This document shows, one piece after another, positions 27,487 through 37,091 of a DNA stretch of 63,172 nt. Position numbers and translations under genes: made by a program. The notes under the pieces are model-generated. The model saw only the letters and a list, made by a program, of their open reading frames with translations, did no database searches and had not been told where the DNA came from. The stretch covers positions 1-63,172 of the forward strand of contig CAZWQF010000007.1 in assembly GCA_964636285.1 (NCBI GenBank), read 5' to 3'. This stretch comes from an uncultured Candidatus Saccharibacteria bacterium (lineage in GTDB: Bacteria > Patescibacteriota > WWE3 > UBA101185 > 2-01-FULL-41-18). Numbering within the stretch: the stretch's first letter is position 1; every line of letters starts with the position of its first letter.

Positions 27487-28254
27487 TTGAAAGTAATTAA
27501 AACCCATCGATTAGATTCAAAATTTAACGGAAGCAAGCCTGAGCAAGAAAGCGCAGTTTTACTAAGTGTGTTTTCATCGGATTTAACTACAGGAAAGCTC
27601 GCTTTGTTTAGCGATGGGAAGCAGCACCAAGGGGACTATACTCCTGTATGTCCAAATGATTTAGAATTTGCTGATGTTAGATTAAAAGAGATTGCAGACT
27701 TTGTAGAAAAGTATAAGCCGGCTTATTTGCTCCTAGAGCACCTTCATTTTCCTTGTTATTGGAAAGCTTTAGATCCCAGCCAACACGATTCATGCTACTG
27801 TAGCTTATGCATTGAGAAGTTTAGAAGTAATAAACTTTTGGGCGAACAATTACCAGAAAATCTTCAGGATCTAGTTGACGTAATTGATGGGAGCTTTTAT
27901 ATAGATTGGCTTGAGTTTAAATGTGAAGTTATTTTGGAATTTATTAAAGAGCTAAAATCTAGGCTCAATCAAAAAGGGGTAGCTATTAAGGTTGGGGTAG
28001 TAGTGCCGGCTTGGAAAGAAAAAGATCATGGTTCAGGCCTTAAGAGGCTGTTAGGCCTTGATTTGGATTCTATTTCTCAAGAATGCGACTTTGTTGTTCC
28101 AGATATTTCTGAGGTTTTAAGCAGGGGGGAGCTAAATGTTTTGGAAGACTATATGGAGACTTCTAAGGCTTACGGCTCTAATTTTATGCCAATAGTTGAA
28201 AACATAAATATGCCTTTGGATACGCATTTTCCTAGTATATTTAGTATTGTTTAG
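27487..28254 (+). CDS. hypothetical Cys-rich protein (possibly a TIM-barrel glycoside-hydrolase-like fold)
   Basis: TTG start directly abuts the ferredoxin stop. VCPNDLEFADVRLKEIADFVEKY...LLLEHLHFP resembles GHL-type putative glycosidases. Four-Cys cluster: C-x14-C-x-C-x2-C (FPCYW...SCYCSLCIEKF). Confidence 0.3.
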   Translation: MKVIKTHRLDSKFNGSKPEQESAVLLSVFSSDLTTGKLALFSDGKQHQGDYTPVCPNDLEFADVRLKEIADFVEKYKPAYLLLEHLHFPCYWKALDPSQHDSCYCSLCIEKFRSNKLLGEQLPENLQDLVDVIDGSFYIDWLEFKCEVILEFIKELKSRLNQKGVAIKVGVVVPAWKEKDHGSGLKRLLGLDLDSISQECDFVVPDISEVLSRGELNVLEDYMETSKAYGSNFMPIVENINMPLDTHFPSIFSIV

Positions 28255-28281
28255 GTATACCCCATATAGTACAATCCTTAG

Positions 28282-29943
28282 ATGAAAGTTGCCGTAGGTT
28301 ATCCACCCATAGAAACCGATAAAGGTGTTCCTCTTCTGTCACAAAATAGGCAATTTCAGTACTTTAATGCAAAAACTTTTATATACCCAATGGTTCCAGC
28401 TTATGCAGCCTCCAATCTAAAAAAACATGGTTATGACGTGATTTGGATGGACGGAATTGGTGCTCAGCAGAGCTACAAAGAGTGGACTATCCAGCTCGAG
28501 CTTGAAAAACCAGATGTTTTACTTGTTGAAACAAAAGCTCCTGTAGTAAAACAGCACTGGAAGATTATTAATGAGCTTAAACAGAGATTTCCAGAAATGA
28601 TTCTTGTTTGGGTAGGTGACCATGTAACCTTTATGCCAAAGGAAACTTTGGATAATTCTAAGGTTGACTTCATTATTACCGGTGGTGACTATGACTTTCA
28701 GATAGTTAACTTGTTAAATCACATGACTAAAGGGGAGGTTCTTGAAGGAGGTGTTTGGTATAGAGCTGGGGATAAAAGAATAAAGCAGGATCCATTCAAG
28801 GTTGAAAAATCAGAGGGAGGCTTAGATCTGGCTTTCTCAGGCGTGCAAAAGCTTAAGCATGTGCTCGATGAATTACCTTTTGTAGATAGGGATCTTACTC
28901 ATTGGGAATATTACGCATACGCAAACGGAAACTACAAGTACACGCCCGCAACATATATGTATTCTGGTAGAGATTGTTGGTGGAATAGGTGCACATTTTG
29001 TGTATGGGATCACACAATGAACCCAATAGGGTCGTATAGAAGATTTACTCCTGAAAGACTTTTTGCTGAAATCAAGCATCTAGTAGACAACTACGGAGTA
29101 AAAGAAATTTTTGATGATGCAGGTACTTTGGCTGTAGGTCCTTGGCTTAAAACATTCTGTAATCTGTTAATAGATAGTGGATACAGTAAGAAAGTAGTAT
29201 ATGGATGTAACATGAGGCTAAACGCTTTGACACAGGAATACTATGATTTGATGGGTAAGGCAAACTTTAGATTCATTCTGTACGGAATGGAGTCTGCAAA
29301 CCAGTACACGCTTGATAAACTTGATAAGGGCCTTAAGGTGCATCAAATAGAGGAAGGCGTGAGGATGGCTAAAAAAGCGGGCTTAGCCCCACATCTTACG
29401 GTGATGCTTGGATATCCGTGGGAGGACTACGATATGGCCAAGAACACTATAGCCCTAGCAAAGAGATGTTTTGATAAAGGTTACGTAGACACCATGCAGG
29501 CTACGATAGTTATACCTTACCCAGGTACTCCTCTTTGGAAAGAGTGCAAAGAAAAGGGTTGGCTTTTAAGTGAGGACTATGAAGAGTACGACATGAGAAA
29601 AGCAGTGATGAAAGCGCCTTTATCCAATGAGCAGGTACTTGAACTGACTCAAGAGCTTTATTCATCGTTCTTTACACCCAAATATATTCTCAGAAGAATT
29701 GTTGAGATACGAGACCTGAATGATATAAAATTCCTAGTATATTCTGCTTGGAAACTTATAGGGCACTTGCTTGATTTTGATCCAAACCAGACTAAAGTTG
29801 GTATGACATCACCAAAGTTTTGGATTAACGCTGTTAAATCAATGTTTAGGGTAGCAATGCCAAGTAAAGCAGAGGCAAGGATTGAGACGTCCATAAAAGA
29901 GAGTGCTGAAGTTGCAAACAGAGAAAAGCAAAAATTTCAATAG
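28282..29943 (+). CDS. B12-binding-domain radical SAM enzyme (class B rSAM; cluster motif CX4CX2C)
   Basis: The N-terminal Rossmann-like cobalamin-binding-type domain has DVLLVETKAP, VWVGDHVTF and DFIITGGDYDF. The rSAM core reads SGRDCWWNRCTFCVW (tgt tgg tgg aat agg tgc aca ttt tgt at 28975-29001). LYGMESANQ is also present. Confidence 0.75.
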   Translation: MKVAVGYPPIETDKGVPLLSQNRQFQYFNAKTFIYPMVPAYAASNLKKHGYDVIWMDGIGAQQSYKEWTIQLELEKPDVLLVETKAPVVKQHWKIINELKQRFPEMILVWVGDHVTFMPKETLDNSKVDFIITGGDYDFQIVNLLNHMTKGEVLEGGVWYRAGDKRIKQDPFKVEKSEGGLDLAFSGVQKLKHVLDELPFVDRDLTHWEYYAYANGNYKYTPATYMYSGRDCWWNRCTFCVWDHTMNPIGSYRRFTPERLFAEIKHLVDNYGVKEIFDDAGTLAVGPWLKTFCNLLIDSGYSKKVVYGCNMRLNALTQEYYDLMGKANFRFILYGMESANQYTLDKLDKGLKVHQIEEGVRMAKKAGLAPHLTVMLGYPWEDYDMAKNTIALAKRCFDKGYVDTMQATIVIPYPGTPLWKECKEKGWLLSEDYEEYDMRKAVMKAPLSNEQVLELTQELYSSFFTPKYILRRIVEIRDLNDIKFLVYSAWKLIGHLLDFDPNQTKVGMTSPKFWINAVKSMFRVAMPSKAEARIETSIKESAEVANREKQKFQ

Positions 29944-29978
29944 TACTAAAGAAAAATCCTCTGCCCACTTAACGGTGT

Positions 29979-31151
29979 ATGTACAAAATAGCAGTATTGC
30001 ATAGGTATCCAGTTCAACAGGTGCTTGGCACAAATGCCTCTTTTCTTGAATTCATAAAATCTTTAATTTCAAAAGAATCCAAGGTATATTATCTAACTTA
30101 TAAGGACTCTGGTATTTCACCTGAAATAGAAGGGTTAACATACATCAGACTACCGTTTACTTTTAACAGAGGAGATAATAGAGACAAATTGATTAAAACA
30201 CTAATTTGGATTGCTCTAAGTCCATTTTATGTACTTTACATGCAGGTTAAATACTCCCTTGATTTAGTCTACTGCGACGATTCTGTTCCCTACTATGGAT
30301 TTTTATCAAAGCTGCTTAGCCCCTTTTCCAAAGTAGTAATCAGGCTTGGAGATTTGCAAACTGGATACTCCCTTTCAGATAGCAATCCAGACCTATTTAA
30401 ATTAGCGATTTTTTTTGAAACGTTGATGTGGAAGTATGTAGATGGGTTGGTTGCAATAAGTAAGCCTTTCAAGAGGTACTTGGTAAGTCTTGGTATAGAA
30501 GATAAGAAGATTGAAGTGGTGGAGGAAAGTATCAACTTATCTAATCGTGTAAGTTTTGAAGTACTGGAGCGTGATTCATCCAATATAAATCTGCTGTTTC
30601 ACGGCGCTTTACTTAAATGTAAAGGGGTTGAAACTCTTATTGAAGCCTTGGAGATTTTAAATAATTCTAAAACCAAAAGATTTACTTTGACAATAGCAGG
30701 AGGTGGTGATGAAGAGCACAGTCTTAAAACACTAGTTCAAGAGAAGGGTCTTCAAAATGTTAAATTTACAGGGTGGTATAACCATCAAAAATTAGATGAA
30801 ATAATGAAAAACACTGACATAAGTATTGTTATGCGTAGCACAAACATGGCAAATAATTTTGTTGTGACAACTTGTTTGCTTGAAAATTGGGCAGCAGGAA
30901 AACCTGTAATTGCTCCAAACCTTGAGTCGTTTAGAGGCGTTATTGATAACTGGAAAAATGGTGTTTTGTTTGAAGCAGGTAATGCAAATGACTTGGCCTC
31001 AAAAATCATGGAGCTTTCGATCCAAAAAGAGGCGTGGACAAATATGGCTATTGAGGGAATAAAATCTGCTGAGAAGTACTTTGATCACAAAATGATTGCC
31101 AATAAAATGTCCAACAGTTTGGTTAGTTTAATTAAAAGCAATGAAAAGTGA
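29979..31151 (+). CDS. GT4-like (GT-B) glycosyltransferase
   Basis: LFHGALLKCKGVETLIEAL, TIAGGGDEE and LENWAAGKPVIAPNLESFRGVIDNWKNGVLF. Confidence 0.7.
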   Translation: MYKIAVLHRYPVQQVLGTNASFLEFIKSLISKESKVYYLTYKDSGISPEIEGLTYIRLPFTFNRGDNRDKLIKTLIWIALSPFYVLYMQVKYSLDLVYCDDSVPYYGFLSKLLSPFSKVVIRLGDLQTGYSLSDSNPDLFKLAIFFETLMWKYVDGLVAISKPFKRYLVSLGIEDKKIEVVEESINLSNRVSFEVLERDSSNINLLFHGALLKCKGVETLIEALEILNNSKTKRFTLTIAGGGDEEHSLKTLVQEKGLQNVKFTGWYNHQKLDEIMKNTDISIVMRSTNMANNFVVTTCLLENWAAGKPVIAPNLESFRGVIDNWKNGVLFEAGNANDLASKIMELSIQKEAWTNMAIEGIKSAEKYFDHKMIANKMSNSLVSLIKSNEK

Positions 31152-32103
31152 AAAGTTTTCTATTGTTATAAATACTTATCCAAACAGCACTCGTGATTTT
31201 GATTTATCAAGGTGTGTAGATTCCATTCTAAAGCAGACATACAAAAACTATAAAGTTTTCATAATCGAAAACTACAAGGATGACTCAAAAATTAAGCCCC
31301 TTGTTCAGAAATATAAGAAAGAGATTGAGCTCAATGTTTTGCTTGATCCAACAAAACGCCTTTCATTTTTATTTAATTTGGGTTGGAAGTCAACTGATAC
31401 TGAACTAATTGCTTTTATTGCAGATGACGCTGAAGCTGACCCGCAGTGGCTTGAGGCTATTTATAACGAACTTAAAAATGATGAAAATGTTGGTGTAGTT
31501 TCAGGTCCAGTTGTATCTACATGCTTTCCAGCAGGAAACATGCATGCCTTATACCTCTCCAGTAGAAAAAACTCCTTTTTGAAGGTACTGGCATGGCCGT
31601 ATCTACATTTTGCAATGGAGGACAAAGTGCTACTGCCTGGTAATTTTTTTGAAAGTGGGGCGTACAGTATTGGAGCTGGTCTGAAAGAATCAAAAAAATA
31701 TAAAAGACAGGAGATTGATCTAGCTACAACTACAAGTATGGGTATACGGAGAAGCGTACTTGAAAAAGTAGGTGGTTTTGACGAAAGGTTTAATTTTAAC
31801 CATGCTGACGGAGACCTGTTTATTCGAATAAAAAATGCTGGTTATAAAATTATTTTTAATCCAAAAGTTTCTTCGCTTCACCATGTAAGGCTTGGGCCAT
31901 CTAGAAACGCGTATTTTATAGGAAAAGATACTGGTATATTTTTTAAAAAACATTTATTTAATAAAAAGAGTATAAATGGGTATTTAGGCTTCATCCTTAA
32001 CATTCTCATGCTCAACTTTTATTGGGTTTACGCGGCTATTAAGAATAAAGATCTTTCGCAACTTAAAGGAACCTCTGGTTTTTGGCAAGGAATAATATTA
32101 TGA
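31141..32103 (+). CDS. GT2-family glycosyltransferase
   Basis: FSIVINTYPN, FIADDAEAD (DxD) and GGFDERFNFNHADGDLFIRIKNAGYKI. Confidence 0.75.
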   Translation: MKSEKFSIVINTYPNSTRDFDLSRCVDSILKQTYKNYKVFIIENYKDDSKIKPLVQKYKKEIELNVLLDPTKRLSFLFNLGWKSTDTELIAFIADDAEADPQWLEAIYNELKNDENVGVVSGPVVSTCFPAGNMHALYLSSRKNSFLKVLAWPYLHFAMEDKVLLPGNFFESGAYSIGAGLKESKKYKRQEIDLATTTSMGIRRSVLEKVGGFDERFNFNHADGDLFIRIKNAGYKIIFNPKVSSLHHVRLGPSRNAYFIGKDTGIFFKKHLFNKKSINGYLGFILNILMLNFYWVYAAIKNKDLSQLKGTSGFWQGIIL

Positions 32104-32146
32104 TACATCTAATACTTCTGCCCCACAGTATTCTTTGAATAAAAAT

Positions 32147-33280
32147 ATGTTAAAAAAGAAATTTAGTCTTGCAATATTTTATGGTACACGTCCGGAATTT
32201 TTAAAAGTTATTCCATTGATTAAACTTATTAGAAAGAAATACAAAACAAATATTGAGCTGAGAGTTGTTTCAGTTGGGCAACATAGAGAGCTTCTAAATT
32301 CAATCGAAGAAGAGTTTGATTTTGAGCCTGATCATAGATTTAAGCTTATAGATGAGACAAATGTGCTTTCTGGTGTCTATGGTAGAACAATTGAGAGGGT
32401 GCATGAGTACATAAGTATTGGTAAATTCGATGCGGTTCTAGCACAAGGCGACACAGCTACCGTTTTTGCAGTCTCTTTAGCCTCTTATCTAAATATGGTC
32501 CCTTTTATACACCTTGAAGCAGGAATGAGAACAAATAACAAGTACTCTCCATTTCCAGAAGAGATTAATAGAAGATTAAGTTCCTGCGTAGCAGACTTAC
32601 ATTTATGCTGGACAGACACAGAAAAAGAAAATCTAATTAGGGAGAATTATAGAGGTAGAGATATTTATGTAACTGGAAACACTGTAATAGATACGCTTCT
32701 GGAAACAGCCTCCAAAACCTTTAACCTGAATACATACTTTGGAAAGTCAGATCTTGCTGCAAGAATTAACAATGGCTCAAAAGTTATTCTAATGACTGAA
32801 CACAGAAGAGAAAATCAAGGGAAAGGACATACCGAAATATTTTCTGCTGTAAAAGAAATACTAAAAAAGAATAAAAATTATGTGTTAGTGTACCCAGTGC
32901 ACTTTAATCCCAATGTTAAAAAATTAGCAGCAAAAACATTTTCAGGAGTAAAAAACGTATTTCTTATTGAGCCTTTGCCGTACACACCATTTGTAAAATT
33001 AATGGCAAGAAGTTCAATCATTATTACTGATTCAGGTGGAATTCAAGAAGAGGCTCCTTCACTTGGTATTCCTCTTCTCGTTACGAGAGAGTTTACTGAA
33101 AGACCGCTTGTAATTTCAGAAGGAAAAGCCTTTCTTGTAGGAAGCAAAAGAAGTAAAATAATTTCCGCTTTCAATCAGGTTGAAAAAGAATGGGACTATA
33201 AATCTAGGAAAAACCCATATGGCGATGGAAAATCTGCTGAAAGAATAGTAAATATTTTAATAGATAGATATGGTAAGTAA
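32147..33280 (+). CDS. wecB: UDP-N-acetylglucosamine 2-epimerase (non-hydrolysing)
   Basis: FYGTRPEFLKVIPLI, QGDTATVFA, HLEAGMRT and ITDSGGIQEEAPSLGIPLLV. ATG at 32147; TTG at 32135 is the alternative start. Confidence 0.85.
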   Translation: MLKKKFSLAIFYGTRPEFLKVIPLIKLIRKKYKTNIELRVVSVGQHRELLNSIEEEFDFEPDHRFKLIDETNVLSGVYGRTIERVHEYISIGKFDAVLAQGDTATVFAVSLASYLNMVPFIHLEAGMRTNNKYSPFPEEINRRLSSCVADLHLCWTDTEKENLIRENYRGRDIYVTGNTVIDTLLETASKTFNLNTYFGKSDLAARINNGSKVILMTEHRRENQGKGHTEIFSAVKEILKKNKNYVLVYPVHFNPNVKKLAAKTFSGVKNVFLIEPLPYTPFVKLMARSSIIITDSGGIQEEAPSLGIPLLVTREFTERPLVISEGKAFLVGSKRSKIISAFNQVEKEWDYKSRKNPYGDGKSAERIVNILIDRYGK

Positions 33281-34553
33281 AAATAAATTAAAAATATTAG
33301 TAATAAATAGGTGGGTTGGGTATAACGAAGGTGGAAACGAAACTCACATTAAAGACCTAATGGCTTGGTTTATTAAAGTTGGGCATGAGGTTCATGTAAT
33401 AACTACAAAGGGAGATAAACTTGAACACATGAGGGGCAAGCTCCATCTTCACTATGTAAATAGCAAACAAGGGTATTACTCATATGGTGCGTTAGGCATT
33501 GTCTTTGCATTAATCTTTGATATTAAATGTTTATTTAAATTTCTTGAACTTTATATTTCTGGAATTAGATTTGATGTAATGTCTATCCATTTTGCCTTAG
33601 AGGCTGTACTCGCAAGATTTATAAAGCTATTTTTTGGAATTCCATATGTGATGATATTAGCGGGAGACACTCCAATAGAACTTATTGAAGCAAAAAGAGC
33701 AGATGGAAAAATTCAAATTTCTGAATTTATGAATGACCAATGCAAGAAGTATGGATATTCTTCTGAGATCATTCCAAAAGGTTTTGATCTCAAAAGATTT
33801 AATCCAGAAATAGAAACAAAAGACCTAATTGAATCACTGGGAGTGAAAGGAAAGAAAATAATACTAACAGTTTGCAGGTTAGATCCTAGAAAAAATCTTA
33901 TATCTTTAATCGAGTCGGCAGACATTATTGTAAATAAAAAGAAAAACAAAGACTTTGTATTTTTAATTGCTGGTGACGGTGTTGAGAGAGACTTATTACT
34001 TGAAGAAATTAAAAAACATAAACTAGAAGGGGTTGTGAGACTAGTAGGATCTGTTTCAAATACTAGTAATCTTCTTCCAAAGTACTACGCAATGTCAGAT
34101 CTATATGTTTTACCAACACTTTACGAGGGTTTTGGTTGGGTATTTCTGGAAGCTATGGCTTCAGGATTGCCTATAATTACAACCAATGTAGCTTCGAATC
34201 CTGAAATAGTAGGGGATGTAGGCAAGCTTGTTCCACTCAAAAACCCTAAGGTTCTTGCTGAGACTATTTTAGAAACTCTGAATGACAGAAAGGAGCTCTC
34301 TAAGATGACAAAACTAGGCTTGGAGAAAGCCCAGAGATTTACATGGGAAGAGCAGATTAAAAAATACGATGCCTATTATTTTAAAGTTAGTAAAAATAAA
34401 TGTAATTCATTGTCCTGTAAGCTCTCTGTATTTTCATCGGCAGTCAGGGATATTTCGGATTTATTTATTTCTTTAATTAAAGATAAAGTTATATTTAATT
34501 TTAGATCAAAAGAAAGCAATTGGAGGCCTGCAGGACAGGAGGGTGGTAAGTAG
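33270..34553 (+). CDS. GT4-family glycosyltransferase
   Basis: RLDPRKNLISLIESA and YEGFGWVFLEAMASGLPIITTNVASNPEIVGD. Confidence 0.8.
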   Translation: MVSKNKLKILVINRWVGYNEGGNETHIKDLMAWFIKVGHEVHVITTKGDKLEHMRGKLHLHYVNSKQGYYSYGALGIVFALIFDIKCLFKFLELYISGIRFDVMSIHFALEAVLARFIKLFFGIPYVMILAGDTPIELIEAKRADGKIQISEFMNDQCKKYGYSSEIIPKGFDLKRFNPEIETKDLIESLGVKGKKIILTVCRLDPRKNLISLIESADIIVNKKKNKDFVFLIAGDGVERDLLLEEIKKHKLEGVVRLVGSVSNTSNLLPKYYAMSDLYVLPTLYEGFGWVFLEAMASGLPIITTNVASNPEIVGDVGKLVPLKNPKVLAETILETLNDRKELSKMTKLGLEKAQRFTWEEQIKKYDAYYFKVSKNKCNSLSCKLSVFSSAVRDISDLFISLIKDKVIFNFRSKESNWRPAGQEGGK

Positions 34554-35149
34554 TGGAGGTATATAGGGGAAATAAAATCAAAAAGCTTATTAGTAAGTAC
34601 TGCTCAGCTAAGAATCCAAAAGTACTTGATATTGGTTGTGGACTTAATAATGAATTCTTTAAGTTTAAAGATTATACAGGTATAGATATTAGAGATTACG
34701 GCCTGTCTCATAAAGTAATATTTCAGAATCTAAACGAGAACACAAAACTCCCGTTTAAGGATAGTACTTTTGATGTGGTAATGGCCACAGAATTTTTAGA
34801 GCATATATTTAGACCTGACATTGTTGCAAAAGAGATTAATCGTGTAACTAAAAAATCTGGAGTTATTATGATTTCTTTACCAAATGAGTTTACTCTTAAT
34901 TGTAGAATTGGTTTTGCAATGAACGCAGTACTAAATAAAGGATTTGATCTGTACTCACACAAATACTTTTTTAATATAACAAAAATTGACGAGTTTATTA
35001 AGAATAACTTCACTCCTGTTGAAAGAGAATTAGCATGTTTAGGTCATTTTTGGAAAGGCATGCCTGACTTTATTAATGATCTGATGGTAACAATATCACC
35101 AAGTTTATTTGCTAAGAGTGTTATTTACGCTTGTAAAAAGAATAACTAA
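34553..35149 (+). CDS. class I SAM-dependent methyltransferase (Methyltransf_11-like)
   Basis: VLDIGCGLNNEF (motif I), FDVVMATEFLEHI and GVIMISLPN. The GTG start overlaps the upstream TAG by 1 nt. Confidence 0.75.
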   Translation: MEVYRGNKIKKLISKYCSAKNPKVLDIGCGLNNEFFKFKDYTGIDIRDYGLSHKVIFQNLNENTKLPFKDSTFDVVMATEFLEHIFRPDIVAKEINRVTKKSGVIMISLPNEFTLNCRIGFAMNAVLNKGFDLYSHKYFFNITKIDEFIKNNFTPVERELACLGHFWKGMPDFINDLMVTISPSLFAKSVIYACKKNN

Positions 35150-35185
35150 TTTTTCATTTATTACTAAAAATTAAGTATGAAGCGT

Positions 35186-35217
35186 TAGGGCAACCCCAAG
35201 GTGTTGAGGTTGCCCTA
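35186..35217. terminator. bidirectional hairpin between convergent genes
   Basis: tagggcaacc (35186-35195) pairs perfectly with ggttgcccta (35208-35217) around a 12-nt loop. It lies between the stop at 35149 (+) and the stop at 35238 (-). Confidence 0.5.
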
Positions 35218-35237
35218 TATTAGTTTGTGCAAATGCT

Positions 35238-36113
35238 CTACAGCATGTTTCTGTGTTTCAACGCTGCCCAGATTGCAAACTCTGCGTGAGGCGATGTCCT
35301 CCCACCGCTGTTGAGCTCAGTTAGGATCGAATTCTTGTCGAACTTGACTGCGTAGGCGGTTTGGTTTTCCCAGCGGCCGCTTGCTTGGGCACAATGTGCA
35401 AGCAAAGTTGGCATATTACATGGTGCTTCCCAAATGCAGGCAAAATCTGGTTGCAGTAGCATGTAACTCATACCGAGTGCAACAAGTTGGATTTGACTTC
35501 GTGCTACAGGAATCTTTTTGAGTCCGGGTTTTTCAGACGCAAGCTCCTCTTGGACTCCTCGAAGCACGGTTTCCACGGGATCGTGAGAACCCCTGTTGTT
35601 GACATCTGTAGGAAGCATGCCTTCCGCAAGCCCAACATGCCTCATGCCTGGTACTACCGCGGTCCTGTGTGACCTGTGTACAAACAGACAGAATCCGTCA
35701 GTAGTTAGTACCATGGTGGATACGCCGACCATCATGGAATATGGTGATCTGTTGAATCCCTTCTCGGTGCTAAGGTTTGCTAAGCCGGGGTATTCACCTC
35801 TGACAGCTACACCTGGTGACAGTTCTCGCTCAAGTGATCCATGGGTTGCCAGAAAACCAAAGTAATCTGAAGATTGAAAACCAAACCTTAGATTCTTGAT
35901 GTCAATTTGAGTCAAGGAGACTGTTGGGTTGTTTGCGACTCTGGCTCCAGCAGCCAACTTTTCCTTAACCACTGCCTGTCCCAATACGTTGAGTTCTTCT
36001 GGGATTTCAACGTGCCCTGGGATTTGGTATGTGCTGTAGCTTCTCCCTCCTATCCAAATTATTGGAACCATCGGAACTTGGTAGTTCCCGATATTTGGGT
36101 ATTTGAATGCCAT
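35238..36113 (-). CDS. GC-rich Nudix-fold-like protein (distant paralog of the 2439-3191 product)
   Basis: The ATG at 36113 is preceded by AAGAGGA, which makes it more likely than the track start at 36158. MMVGVSTMVLTTDGFCLFVHRSHR...PGMRHVGLAEGM follows the Nudix beta-strand pattern. ETVLRGVQEELA is a degenerate RE-U-x-EE box. The N-terminal LRFGFQSSDYFGFLAT aligns with LRFAWSDAAKRSL of the other protein. Confidence 0.45.
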   Translation of the reverse strand: MAFKYPNIGNYQVPMVPIIWIGGRSYSTYQIPGHVEIPEELNVLGQAVVKEKLAAGARVANNPTVSLTQIDIKNLRFGFQSSDYFGFLATHGSLERELSPGVAVRGEYPGLANLSTEKGFNRSPYSMMVGVSTMVLTTDGFCLFVHRSHRTAVVPGMRHVGLAEGMLPTDVNNRGSHDPVETVLRGVQEELASEKPGLKKIPVARSQIQLVALGMSYMLLQPDFACIWEAPCNMPTLLAHCAQASGRWENQTAYAVKFDKNSILTELNSGGRTSPHAEFAIWAALKHRNML

Positions 36114-36164
36114 TCTTTTTCCTCTTAGATTGTGTGTTTTGGGACTAGATTGTATCATGATGCT

Positions 36165-37067
36165 GTGAGAAAAAACAGAACTATAAGTCGTATAGCTACT
36201 GCTTTAATACCAGCAGGTGGATATGGAACTAGGATGCTTCCATTCACAAAACTTATACCAAAGGAGTTACTTCCACTTGGTACAACACCTATAATCCAAC
36301 ATATACTGGAAGCCTTATCTCAGGCTGGTATAAAAGACACAATTGTTGTTACAAAGAAGAATAACCCTATATTGAAAAACTATTTAACAAAAAATACAAC
36401 TAGTTTAATAGAATTTCTAAGGCAAAACAAAAAAACCTTTGAAATTAAAATGCTAAAAAAAATCCCAAGGTTGATGAATTTAAGATTTATAATACAAAAA
36501 GGTCCATATGGAAGTGCTACCCCTTTAATAAGTTCTAAAAAATACTTAAAAAACACTCCTTTTATCTATAAAACTAGTGATGATCTCATTATTGGTGGAA
36601 AAGGCGAATTCAACGAATTAATAAAAGCATACAACAAATTTGGGTGCTCCTGTTTAACTGTCATCAAAATTACAGACACTTCAGATCTCAAAAAGTACGG
36701 GTTTATAAAAGGAAAAGAATTAAATTCAGGATACATAGAGGTGGAAAATATTGTTGAAAAGCCAGGCATAGGGTCCGGATATGAACTTGCCACAGTGTCT
36801 TCGTGCCTATTAACATCTGATTTTATGCAATATTTAGAGCCGGCCTTAGAAATGAAAGGAAAGGGTGCGGAATTCTATTTGAACGATGTCCTAAAGCTGG
36901 CATTGAAAAATGGCATCAAAATAATTGGGGTTGAATCAAAGCGCTCTGTTTACCTTGACCTAGGAAATAAAACAGAACTTCTTAAATCTAATGTGCTCTA
37001 TGGGCTTCATGTTAATGAAAATAGAGCTGAGTTTAAAACATGGTTACGCCACTTGATAAATAAATAA
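36165..37067 (+). CDS. galU: UTP--glucose-1-phosphate uridylyltransferase
   Basis: ALIPAGGYGTRMLPFTKLIPKELLPLG matches the GalU N-terminal signature, and VEKPG is present. The start is uncertain: GTG 36132, TTG 36150 and GTG 36165 are all in frame. I chose 36165 to avoid overlap with the divergent gene. Confidence 0.8.
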   Translation: MRKNRTISRIATALIPAGGYGTRMLPFTKLIPKELLPLGTTPIIQHILEALSQAGIKDTIVVTKKNNPILKNYLTKNTTSLIEFLRQNKKTFEIKMLKKIPRLMNLRFIIQKGPYGSATPLISSKKYLKNTPFIYKTSDDLIIGGKGEFNELIKAYNKFGCSCLTVIKITDTSDLKKYGFIKGKELNSGYIEVENIVEKPGIGSGYELATVSSCLLTSDFMQYLEPALEMKGKGAEFYLNDVLKLALKNGIKIIGVESKRSVYLDLGNKTELLKSNVLYGLHVNENRAEFKTWLRHLINK

Positions 37068-37091
37068 GTACTTTGAGTGTATAATTTCTTC

